From assembly GCF_009914755.1 (NCBI RefSeq), contig NC_060947.1: 64,000 bases of DNA, one strand, 5' to 3'. Below, one piece after another: positions 27,766 to 39,100 of this stretch (position 1 is its first letter; each line of letters begins with the position of its first letter). The position numbers and the translations under genes are program-made. Under the pieces are notes generated by a model, which had not been told where the DNA came from, ran no database searches, and saw nothing but the letters and a program-made list of their open reading frames with translations. Origin of the DNA: the human T2T-CHM13v2.0 reference genome, Homo sapiens.

Positions 27766-30428
27766 AGAGAGTGAAGATGGCTGACTAGATGCAGGCAGAA
27801 GGCACATCTCATAAAAATAGACCGGGACATTGAGAAGACTGGCAAACTCCAAGCAGATCTTCAGAAGGAAGGCATTAAGAATGGATGGAAATAGGCTCCA
27901 GATGTTAGGATGAAAGAGGAGGAAACTGGGAGCACTGCACAGAGATGCCAAGCACTGGGATTCTTTCCTGGCCCCTAGGAACTCTTACAGAAGGGTTCAG
28001 TTGAACAGGTGATGTGTAGCTAGCACACCCCTCACCATGGACCTCCACAATTCTAGCTGCAGGAAACCCCACAACCCACACAGAAACTTGAGCTGGCAGG
28101 GAGAGCTGCTTAGAGAGGTGGCAGGGGCAGGACTCCAGCTTGTACAGAGCCCAGAGGATTTGGCATGAGAACACTTCAGTGGAGCACAGCCAGGGAAGCC
28201 CATACTCCAAGGTTCACCATGATCCACTGGGATACTTTAACCTTAGGGTGACTTTTGTACCTTGACAGAACAGGGCAGTCTTGCCTGTGGGATAGATCTA
28301 GTCAAGTCTGAGCACCTCAGTGTCTGCCAGTCCCTCCTGGGGTCCCAACCTCTTCAGACCTGATTGCAGTGGAGCCTCAGATGCCCAGTCAGGGTGCTTT
28401 CAGGGGCCCTCATCACAGCTCCTTTGCAACCATACAACACCTGACTATTGGAGAGCTCCAGCAGACTGGCCCCTGCCAACACACACCAGCCTACCTGCAG
28501 CCTTCCCCATAGCAGCCTCGCCGGACTATTTTTCTGGCCTGCACTCACTCATTTCCCCCCCTCAAACATATTTGTCAATTTTTGCACACAGGTAGACCAT
28601 GTCTCCCCTCCCTTGCTGGTATACATGTGTGGGTACTACCCACCACACCACTGCTGCCAGCATGAATGCACCCTGCCAGCACCACCACACACCCCACCGA
28701 TAAAACAAGCAACCAGTAACACCACTGCTGCCAGTGCACACATAAGCACAGATGCCAGCAACTCCACCCCTGCCAGTTCCCCACCCATACCATCATTGCT
28801 AGTGTGAGTGTGACCATGAATGCCAGCAAGCCCGCTCCTCCCAGTGACCCACCCCGCCATGCTGCCAGCACCACTACTGTTATTTGGCACAGGAACACTG
28901 CCACCCTGCTCCAGCCCATGCCCCACCACAAATGACAGGCATGCATCTCAACCACATTGCTGCAGTTACTGGCATGTGTGAGCTAGCACAGATACCACTG
29001 CCACCACCTTAATGAAGTGCTTTTGCCAGCATTCCCCATCAGAGTGATATGGCCAGAAGATTGGGAACACCACAGCCCCTCTAGCACAGCAGGTTTCTAA
29101 ACTTGAGAGGCCAGAGAACAAAGCTGCCCCAGTACAAGTGGCCCACAGTTAGAGCACACAGCCCAGGAGTTCTGAGCTGAGCCTTGGCTGCCTGAAATCT
29201 TCCAGGAACAATGCCAGTTGACTGAACTCATGTTATACCACACTTAAACTTACAAGAGCATCAAATAAGATAAAAACAAAAAACACTATGCAAAGGACAG
29301 AAACTTCAAAGAATGAAGGAACATCAGCATGTAAAAATGAGAAAGTACCAGTGCAAGAACTCTGGCATCTCAAAAAGTCAGAGTGTCTTCTTAGCTCCAA
29401 ATGACTGCACTAGCTCTTAACCAGGATGAAATGGCTGAAATGATAGACATAGAATTCAGAATATGGATAGCAAGGAATATCATTGAGATTCAGGATAAAG
29501 GTCAAACCAAACCCAAGGAACTTAAAAAGAAATACAAGTAAATGATACAGAAGATGAAAGATGAGATGGTCATTTTCAGAAAAAAACAACAACAAACTAA
29601 TCTGCTAAAACTGAAAAACTCATTTCAAGAATTTCTTAATAAAACTGCAAATATTAACAGCAGAATAGACCAAGCTGAAAAAAAATCTCAGAACTGAAAG
29701 ATTTTTTTTTGCAATAAAACAGTCAGACAAAAAAGAGAAAAATAAAAAAGAATGAACAAAACCTCTGTAAAAAGACAAAATCTATCAGTCGTTGCCACTC
29801 CTGAAAGAGCGAGAGAAGCAAGCAATGTAGAAAACATATTTGAGGATGTCACCCATAAAAGTTTCCCCAACCTTACTAGAGAGTACAACTTTCAAATTTA
29901 GGAAATGCAGAGAATCCGTGAGATACTATACAAGATGACTATCCTCAAGACACGTAGTCATCGGCCAGGTGGGGTGGCTCACACCTGTAATCCTAGCACT
30001 TCGGGAGGCTGATGTGGGTGGATCATCTGAGGTCAGGAGTTTGATACCAGCCTGGCCAACATGGTGAAACACCATCTCTACTAAAAATGTAAAAGTTAGT
30101 GGTGGCAAATGCCTGTAATCCTAGCTACTCAGGAGGCTGAGGAAAGAGAATCGCTTGAAGCCAGGAGGTGGGGATTGCAGTGAGCTGAGAGATCGCCACT
30201 GCACTTCAGTCTGGGTGACAGGGCAAGACTCTGTCTCAAACAAACAAATAAACAAACAAAAACATATAGTCATCATGTTATCCAAGATCAAAATGAAAGA
30301 AAAAATGTTAAAAGCCCCTAGAGGAAAGGAGCAGGTCACCTACAAATGGAACTCCATTAGGCTAACAGCAGACCTTTAAGCAAAAACCCTACAAGCCAGA
30401 AGTTTTGGGGGCCTATATTCAGCATTTT
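27766..30428 (+). mobile_element. LINE-1 5'UTR plus partial ORF1 (L1PA15-16/L1P4-like), Alu-interrupted, broken off within ORF1
   Basis: Start GAAGATGGCTGACTAGATGCAGGC (27773). ORF1 remnant from ~29338 to [26 protein letters not shown] (~30290-30379). Confidence 0.75.
29963..30258 (+). mobile_element. Alu (AluS-like) with (CAAA)n tail
   Basis: GGCCAGGTGGGGTGGCTCACACC...GACTCTGTCTC. Degraded 16-bp TSD AAGACACGTAGTCATC (29947-29962) / AAAACATATAGTCATC (30259-30274). Confidence 0.95.
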
Positions 30429-32096
30429 ACTTTATTTTATTATACTTCAAAGTCTGGGGTACATGTGCAGAATGTGCAGGTTTGTTACATAGGTATACAC
30501 ATGCCGTGGTGGTTTGCTGCACCCTTCAATACATCATCTACATTAGGTATTTCTCCTAATGCTATCCCTTCCCTAGGCCCCACCCCCTGACAGAAGCTGA
30601 TATGTGTTGTTCCCCTCTCTGTGCCCATGTGTTCTCATTGTTCGACTCCCTCTTATGAGTGAGAACATGTGGTGTTTGGTTTTCTGCTCTTGTGTTAGTT
30701 TGCTGAGAATGATGGCTTCCGGTGTAATCCATGTCCCTGCAAAGGACATGAACTCATCCTTTTTATGACTGCATAGTATTCCATGGTGTATCTGTGCCAC
30801 ATTTTCTTTATCCAGTCTATCATTGACAGGCATTTGGGTTGGTTTCAAGTCTTTGCTATTGTGAACAGTGTTGCAACAAACATACATGTGCATGTGTCTT
30901 TATAGTAGAATGATTTATAATCCTTTGGATACATACCCAGTAATGGGATTGCTGGGCCAAATGATATTTCTGGTTCTAGATCCTTGAGGAATCACCACAG
31001 TGTGTTCCACAATGATTAAACTAATTTACACTCCTACAAACAGAGTAAAAATGTTCCTATTTCTCCACGTCCTCTCCAGCACCTGTTGTTTCCTAACTTT
31101 TTAATGATTGCCATTTTAACTGGCGTGAGATGGTATCTCATTGTGGTTTTGATTTCCATTTCTCTGACGACCAGTGATGATGAGCTTTTTTTCATGTCTG
31201 TTGGCTGCATAAATGTCTTCAATTGAGAAGTGTCTGTTCATATCTTTTGCCTACTTTTTGATGGGGCTGTTTGTTTTTATTCTTGTAAATTTGTTGTAGA
31301 TTCCAGATATTAGCCTTTTGTCAGATGGATAGATTGCAAAAATTTTCTCCCATTCTGTAGGTTGTCTGTTAACACTGATGATAGTTTCTTTTGCTGTGCG
31401 GAAGCTCTTTAGTTTAATCAGATCCCATTTGTCTATTTTGGCTTTTGTTGCTATTGCTCTTGGTGTTTTAGTCATGAGGTCTTTTCCCATGCCTATGTCC
31501 TGAATGGTATTGCCTAGGTTTTCTTCTAAGGTTTTTATGGTTTTAGCTCTTAGTTTTAAGTCTTTAACTCATCTTGAGTTAATTTTTGCATAAGTTGTAA
31601 GGAAGGGGTCCAGTTTTGCTTTTCTGCATATGGCTATCCAGTTTTCCCAGCACCATTTATTAAAAAGGGAATCCTTTCCCCATTGTTTGTTTGTGTCAGG
31701 TTTGTCAAACATCAGATGGTTGTAGAAGTGTGGTGTTCTTTCTGAGGCCTCTGATCTGTTCCATTGGTCTATATATCGGTTTTGGTGTGAGGACCATGCT
31801 GTTTTGGTTACTGTAGCCTTGTAGTACTGTTTGAAGTCAGGTAGAAAGATGCCTCCAGCTTGTTCTTTTGCTTAGGATTGTCTTGGCTATGCAGGCTTTT
31901 TTTTTGGTTCCATATGGAATTTAAAGGAGTTTTTTCTAATTCTGTGAAGAAAGCCCATGGTAGCTTGATGAGGATAGCATTGAATCTATAAATTACTTTG
32001 GGAATTATGGCCGTTTTCATGATATTGATTCTTCCTATCCATGAGCATGGGATGTTTTTCATTTGTTTGTGTCATCCCTTATTTCCTTGAGCAGTG
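30425..32096 (-). mobile_element. 5'-truncated L1PA7-like 3' fragment (~1.7 kb)
   Basis: T-rich tail at left. Minus-strand 3'UTR and ORF2 C-terminal remnants (ORFs 31034..31222, 31251..31490, 31808..32062). Confidence 0.9.
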
Positions 32097-32725
32097 CTTT
32101 TACACTGTTGGTAGGAGTGTAAATTAGCTCAACCTTTGTGGAAGACAGTGTGGCAATTCCTCCAGGATCTAGAGCCTGAAATACCATTTGACCCAGCAAT
32201 CCCATTACTGGGTATATACCCAAAGGATTATAAATCATTCTACTCTAAATACACATGTACACATATGTTTATTGCAGCACTGTTCACAATAGCAAAGACT
32301 TGGAACCAACCCAAATGCCCATCAATGATAGACTGGATAAAGAAAATGTGGCACATATACATCATGGAATACTACACAGCCATAAAAAAGAATAAGTTCA
32401 TGTCCTTTGCAGGGATATGGATGAAGGTGTAAACCATCATTCTCAGAAAACTAACACAGGAACAGAAAACCAAACACCACATGTTCTCATTCATAAGTGG
32501 GAGTTGAACAATGAGAACACATGGACACAGAGACGGGAACATCACACACCAGGGCCTGTTGGGGAGTGGGGGGCTAGGAGAGAAATAGCATTAGGACAAA
32601 TACTTAATGTAGATTGTGGGTTGATGGGTATAGCAAACCAACTTGGACCTGTATACCTATGTAACAAACCGGCACGTTCTGCACATGTATTCCAGAACTT
32701 AGAATGTAATTACAAAAATAAAAAA
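32095..32725 (+). mobile_element. 5'-truncated L1PA7/8-like 3' fragment (~0.63 kb), fused head-to-head with the previous element
   Basis: ORF 32136..32432 ([18 protein letters not shown]...). 3'UTR ends GAACTTAGAATGTAATTACAAAAATAAAAA. Confidence 0.9.
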
Positions 32726-32865
32726 GACCACATTTTGGGTGCAGTGTACACTGCTCAGGTGACAGCTGTGCCAAAATCTCAGAAATCACCACTATAGAAC
32801 TTATCCATGTAACCAAAGCCCACCTGCTTTCCCAAAACTATTAATTTTTTTTTAAAAAGAAAGAA
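32726..32865 (+). mobile_element. L1PB-type 3' terminus
   Basis: TGGGTGCAGTGTACACTGCTCAGGTGA..AAAATCTCAGAAATCACCACTATAGAACTTATCCATGTAACCAAA is characteristic of the L1PB 3' end. Confidence 0.75.
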
Positions 32866-32879
32866 AATTTAGAAAAGAC

Positions 32880-33850
32880 CTAAGCCAAGGTTTTCCTGAG
32901 GATGTGGAAATTTCCCCTGTGGAGTTCAGTGACAGCTTCTGAAGCCTCACATCAATTTCAGTACTGAGAGAGATCCTAGAGGAACAGAATCTTAATGCTG
33001 AATTTTCTGAATTAGTTATATATTTTCTTGGATTGACTGTTTTCAGTGATAAAGAGGGCAATAGTCCATGGCATGATGTGCCAATAGAGATATGTAAAGT
33101 ATTGCTATGGGAAACTCTTAATCAAATATTAACAAAACGCAAAGTGATTAACTACTACATGTTTGATACCTTAGAACATCTTTTTGAAAATAATGAGTAC
33201 AATAAGATTGGCTTGTTGCTCCTAGATTACCAGGACAAATTAGGGAAAGAAAATAAAGAAAATGATGCGTTGGGGGCTTCAAATTTTCACCTCAAGCCTT
33301 GCACAAATAATGTGAGACTTCCATGTCTTCCCTGAAAGAAATCCTTATATCTTGTAGCAAAAAGGATGAAATTTCTGAAAACCAGTGCCAGGGTCTGATC
33401 CTATGAGAGGATAAATAACAATGCATATTGAATTCTCTATCTCAGAAGGTATTTTCTGTTGAAATAAAAACATTTACTGGGAAAAAATTGAATCAGGAAA
33501 TTTGAGATGGGGACAAAGGGAAAATCTCAATTGTGCTGGAGACTTTGAATGTTTAAATTAGGCAGAGTTTTCTTACCAGCAAAAAGCATCATCTCCAACC
33601 TCGCCTGAGTAGGTAATCCTGCTTGGCTTAAGAATAGAAGACATTCCCTGAGGTAGCTGCTTTGTAAGATACTGCTGAGTCTTCTCAGGACCTATCTACA
33701 ATTTCTCTTTGTGTCTATACCTATAACTAAATTCAGGTCCCAGTAAGCCCCAAACGCTGAGGCACAAAGTGTGACCCATGAAAAGATAAGCTACATAATC
33801 AGAGAACTTCATATTTTCTCTAATTTGTACAGAAAACAAGGCAAAATTCA
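32880..33850 (+). mobile_element. Degenerate ERVL-family fragment (LTR remnant plus 5' internal / gag-like region)
   Basis: CTAGAGGAACAGAATCTTAATGCTGAATTTTCTGAATTAG leader. ORF 33033..33335 (IGLLLLD..KENKEND) resembles ERVL gag N-terminal remnants. CAAAGTGTGACCCATGA motif at ~33765. Confidence 0.6.
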
Positions 33851-34008
33851 AGAAAAAAATAAATGTCCTTAAATTTTTCCATGGCTCTAGTAATATCAGA
33901 AAAGGAATAAAAGTAATCATTTGTGTTAGACTGTAATAAGTCAAGGATGCATATTGTAATCCTTGGAGTAATCAAGAAAAAGCAGTAGAAAAGTGTTAAT
34001 AAAGAGAA

Positions 34009-36158
34009 TTATTTTCAACTTTCATTTTTAATTCTGGGGTACATGTGCAGGTTTGTTACATGGATATATGAGACGATTCTGTGATTTGGGGTATAGATCT
34101 TGTCACCCAGGTACTAAGCATAGTACCCAATGGGTATTCTCTCAGAACTTGCTTGTTTTTGAAGAATTTTAAGTCTCCTTTGCTAAAGAAGCTTAATTTG
34201 ATGGGAAATAAAATCTTCATTGAAAATTCTTTTCTTTAAGGATGTTGAAAATAGGCCCCAATCTTTTCTGTCTTGTAAAGTTTCTACTAAGCATTCTACT
34301 GCTGGCTTGAAGAAGTTTCCTTTGTACATGGCCTGAACCTTCTCTCCAGCCTCCTATAAGATTTTTTAATTTCACATTGACTTTCTTGAATCTGATGACT
34401 ATGTGCCTTAGTGACGGTTGTCTTGTATAGTATCTAGCAGGGATTCTCTGTATTTCTTGAATTTGCATGTACACTGCTCTAGTGACACTAGATAAATTTT
34501 TATGGACTACGTCCTCAATGATATTTTTCAGGGTGCTCATTATCTCATCTCTCTCAGGAATATTAATGTGTTGTAGGTTTGATCTCTTTACATAAGCCAA
34601 TATTTGTCAGAGGTTTTGTTCAATTTTTAAATTATTTTATCTTTATTTGTGTCTGGCTGACTTGATTCAAAGAACTGGTCTTCTAGTTCTGAGCTTCTTT
34701 CCTCAACTTGGTCTATTCTTCTGATAATCCTTCCAATTATATTACAAAATTCTCAGTAAATTTTTTAGTCATTTCGGTCTAGGTGAGAACCATTGCTGGG
34801 GAGCTAGTGGGCTTCTTTGGAGGTAAGGCACTACTCTGGCTACTCTAGTTTTTTGAATTGCTAGAGTTTTTGCATTGATTCTGTTTTTATGAAAACGTAA
34901 GATTTTTTAACATGTAATGGTTCACAAATCTACCTGCCATCCTTGCATAGGGACCATGCTCATTTTCTCTGTATTCTTCCAATTTTAGTATATGTGCTGC
35001 TGTAGTGAGCACCTTGCACTGATTTTTTTCTCATCTGCAAAGACTCATGCTTCTTTAACTGTCTGGTAAGTTGAGTGTAGTCAGTTTACTTTCTTTTATA
35101 ATGTTTTCAGAAGGCGAAGACTCTGTAAAGGATGTTTATTTGTGGCTGGATTGTTGTCCTTTGTTTCACAGGGGTGTATGTTGGTAGAACTTGCATATAT
35201 TCAAAGACAAGCAAGTGCTGAGAGAATTTTATGCAACTATACCAGCCTTACAAAAAATCCTTACATGAAATCCAAAGAATGACAACTGCTACCTACAATA
35301 TTTAAGAGTAATGGCCAGAAGATAGGCTCTTAGCCAGGCAGCCTTTTTGTATTGCCTCACACTGGTAGCCATGCTTTGTAGTTATGGGAGAGAGAAAGGT
35401 GACTCCTTCACTAGGTCCACTCCTGGGCCTTGGGGGAGCCCTCTCCAATCACTGACATCATGTCTGCATTTCCTTTGTTAGGTGGTCTGTGCCATGGGGC
35501 ACTGTCAGGCAGAGGTTGCAGCAGAGAGCTAGGTCACACTATTTTCAGATGGGCCCTGTGGTAGGAGAAACACCCTGCTCATGGACCAGCCCATGAATCT
35601 GTGTGTTTCATCCCTCTCAGTGCTCTGACAGTGGGGGCCCTTCTCCTGCTTAAATGCTGACCACAGATATCATCTTGGCACTCCTAAGCTGTGTACCACA
35701 ACCCTGGGGCACCATTACTTTGTACTCTGGACCTTCATGGTCACACTCTGGCTGAGTTGTGAAATCCAAAGTGCTGCCAGGCCACAGGGAAATTATTCAG
35801 TTGGAGCAAAGCTCTCAGGCTGGGCAGCAGAGGCTGTGCTGTGCACATGTTCCTTTAGAATAGACAGATAGGAAACCTGGGAGCATCTGGAGGGCCTGCA
35901 GAACAGACATGCCCTGTTCCCACGATGATGATGGCCCTGCTTTTTCCTAGCCTAGCAGTCACTTGGGGCTAGAGCAACTTGGAGGATGATGGGTGCCCTA
36001 GGGGACAGGCACCTATGGTTGTGCCCTGCTACAGTTGCCCTGTGCACAAAAGCCCATGGGCTCTGCACTGGCTGAAGCTCTGCCTCTGCTTACTCTCTGG
36101 TCAGATCCTTCTGCCAGTTCAAATATCCAGGGTTCCCCTGTAGCTAGGATCCCAGAGG
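34009..36158 (-). mobile_element. L1PA15/16-like element: partial 5'UTR and ORF1 joined directly to the last ~135 nt of the 3'UTR (ORF2 absent)
   Basis: 3' end TACCCATTGGGTACTATGCTTAGTACCTGGGTGAC (minus, 34009-34136) abuts the ORF1 C-terminal region (ORF 34217..34600, YVKRSNL..IFNILKEKNFQ). 5'UTR at ~35030-36158. Confidence 0.75.
34909..35012 (-). pseudogene. RNU6: Full-length U6 snRNA retropseudogene
   Basis: The minus strand reads GTGCTCACTACAGCAGCACATATACTAAAATTGGAAGAATACAGAGAAAATGAGCATGGTCCCTATGCAAGGATGGCAGGTAGATTTGTGAACCATTACATGTT, colinear with U6 including the ACAGAGA box. A-rich tail. TSD TTGCATTGATT (34870-34880) / TTGCACTGATT (35014-35024). Confidence 0.93.
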
Positions 36159-39100
36159 TTAATATTTACACAAAAAGCACCTTCTAAAGAACCAAGAGTC
36201 AGATGAACAATCACAGTACCTGGCTTTAACTTCATATCACTGAGAGAGCCACGAAGAGGGTAGAAAACACAGTTTTGAACTGCTGACACCACTTTTTCCC
36301 CATCCCCTGGCAGTGGCCATGTGGTATGGACTGAAAATTTATGCACTTAGAGTTGGGGGTGGGGTGGGGTGGTGAAGAGCACTGCAATTGTGAGATTTTA
36401 CATCAGAACTTAGTGCTTCCAACACTAAGCAGAACTCAGTTGAGCCCCAAGCAGCGAGCAGTTAGACCAGCCCTAATCAGAGGAGAATCACACATACCAG
36501 TGGTGGGAACTTGAGTTTTGGCAAGTCTCACCTTCACAGGCTAAAGTGCTCTGGGTTCTAAATAAACTTGAAAGGCTTAGCCATAAGATCTGAAATTCCT
36601 ACACAAGTCCCAGTGCTGTTCTGGGTTCAGAGCCAGTCGATGTGGGTGGCATGTGACATAGTGAGGCGTTAACAGGGGTGGCTAGAGGAGTGTTTCCATC
36701 ACCCCTCTCCTAGCACCATACAGCACAGTTTGCAGCTCCAAAAGAGACCTCTTCCTTCTGCCTGAGCAGAGGAGAGAGAAAAGTAAAAAGGACTTTGTCT
36801 TGCAATTTGGATACAAGCTTAGCCATGGCAGAATAGGGAACTGGGCAGAATCATAAGGCCCCCAATCCAGACCCTAGCTCCCAGAAAACATTCATAGACA
36901 CACCCTGGGACAGAGGGGAACCCATTGCCTCTAAAAGAAGGATCAAGTCCTTGGAGAAGTCATTATATGCTAAATAAAGATCCTTTGGGCCCTGAAAAAT
37001 CAGCAGTGGTAATCAGGTAGTACATGCTGTGGGCCTCAGGTGAGATTCTGAGACTCGCTGGCTTGAAGTGTGCATTAACAAGGAGAGAATTCTTCTGCTT
37101 GAGAAAAGAGGAAAGGATTAAAAATGAATTTGTTTTGCAGCTTTATGTATAAGCTCAGCCAGAGTGAGAAAGAGCACCTAAAGGGATCTTGGGGTCCCCC
37201 ACTCAAGGGCTTTAGCCTTGGATGGTATTTCTGGACCTGTTCTGGGCCAGAGAGGAGCCCACTACCTTGAAGGGTGAGTCCCAGACCTGGTAACATTCAT
37301 GACAAGATGACTGCTGAGTTGTTGGGCCTTAAGTAAACATCAGTGATACCCCGGCTGTAATCTTCATGAGACCATGGTGGTGGTGGACAAAGGGAGAGAT
37401 TCCTCTGCCTGGAGAAAGGGGAGGGAAGAAAGGGAAGAGAAAGATACTGTCTTGTGATTTTGGTGCCAACTAAGCCACAGTAGAATAGAGGACCAGGTGG
37501 CTTTCTAAAGTTGCCAATTCCAGGCCCTGGCCCCCAGAAAGCATATCTGGACCCACGTGGGGTTCAGGAAACTAGCCACCCTGGAGAGAATAACATAACA
37601 CTGGCTGGCTTGATCACCTGTTAATTGTAGAGCCCTACAGCCTTAAGTAATCATAGGTGGTAGCCAGGTAGTGGTTACAGCAGGCCTTGGCCAAAACCCA
37701 GTGCTGTGCTGGCTTGAGGTCATCCACACTGCAGTCACAGTAGTGGTGGCCACAGTGGTGATTGTGTTACTCATCCCTCGGCTTCAGGCAGCTCAGCACA
37801 GAGAGAGAGAGACTCCAATTTTATGAAAGAACATAAGGGAAAAAAAGTCTCTGCTTGATAAACCAGCGAATACTTCTGGATCTTATCCATGACCACAAGG
37901 TGGTACCTAAGAGTCTGAAAGAACCAAAGCACTACTGGGCTTAGGGTGCCCTCTAAGGAAGATACGGAAATGACCAAAACATAGATCACAATACCCAAGT
38001 CTCTTCAAATACCTGACAAGTTTTCCCAAGAAGGATGGGTACAAACAGGCCAGACTTTGAAAGCTGCAATAAATACCTAACTCATTAATGCCTAGAAACC
38101 AACAAACATCCACAAGCACCAAGATCATCCAGGAAAACATGAACTCACCAAGCAAATTACATAAGACATGAAGGGCCAATCCTGGAGAGAAAGAGACCTT
38201 TCAGATAGAAAATTCAAAATAGCTGTTATAGAAAACGCAAAGAAATTCAAGATAACACACAGAAAAGAAATTCATAATCTCATTAGATCAATTTAACAAA
38301 GAAATGAAAATAATTAAAAGAATCAAGTAGAAATCTTGGAGGTAAAAATGCAACTAACATACCAAAGAATGCATCAGAGTCTCTTAGTGGCCGAATTGAT
38401 CAAGCAGAAAAAAGAATTTATAGCTTAAAAAGACAGGCTATGGGTTACTAGCAAGTTGGCCAAATAGGAACAGCTCCAGTCTGCATCTCCTAGTGAGATC
38501 GACGCAGAAGGTGGGTGATGTTTGCATTTCCAACTGAGGTACCTGGTTCATCTCATTGGGACCAATTGGACAGTGGGTGCAGCCCATGGAGTGCCAGCCA
38601 AAGCAGGGTGGGGTGTCACCTCACCCGGGAAGCTCAAGGGGTCAGGGAATTTTCTGCCCCACTCAAGGGAAGCCATGAGGGACTGAGCCTGAGGAACTAT
38701 GACACAGATACTCTTCTGGTCCCATGGTTTTCACAACCCACAAACGAGGAGATTCCCTCCAGTGCCTACCCAGCCAGGGCCCTGGGTTTTAAGCACAAAA
38801 GTGGGCAACCATTTGGGCAGACACCAAACTAGCTGCAGGAGTTATTTTTTTTCCATACCGAAGTGGTGCCTGGAACCCCAGCGAGAGAGAACCGTTCACT
38901 CCCCTGGAAAGGAGTGCTGAAGCCAGGGAGCCAAGTGGTGTGGCTTGGCGGGTTTCACCCCCATGGAACCCAGCAAACTAAGATCCAGTGGCTTGAAAGT
39001 CTCACTGCCAGCACAGCAGCAGTCTGAGATTAACCTGGGATGCTCCAGCTTGGTAGGGGGAGGGGCGTCCGCCGTTGCTGAGGCTTGAGCAGGCAGTTTT

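Noticed and set aside
33033-33335. 100-aa ERVL gag-like ORF as a domesticated gene
   Set aside because: Short, non-ATG start, and flanked by stops and frameshifts in a degenerate fragment.
34130-34165. ORF1-to-3'UTR junction as a splice event
   Set aside because: No GT donor or polypyrimidine-AG acceptor is apparent at the breakpoints, so I treated it as a DNA or RT rearrangement.
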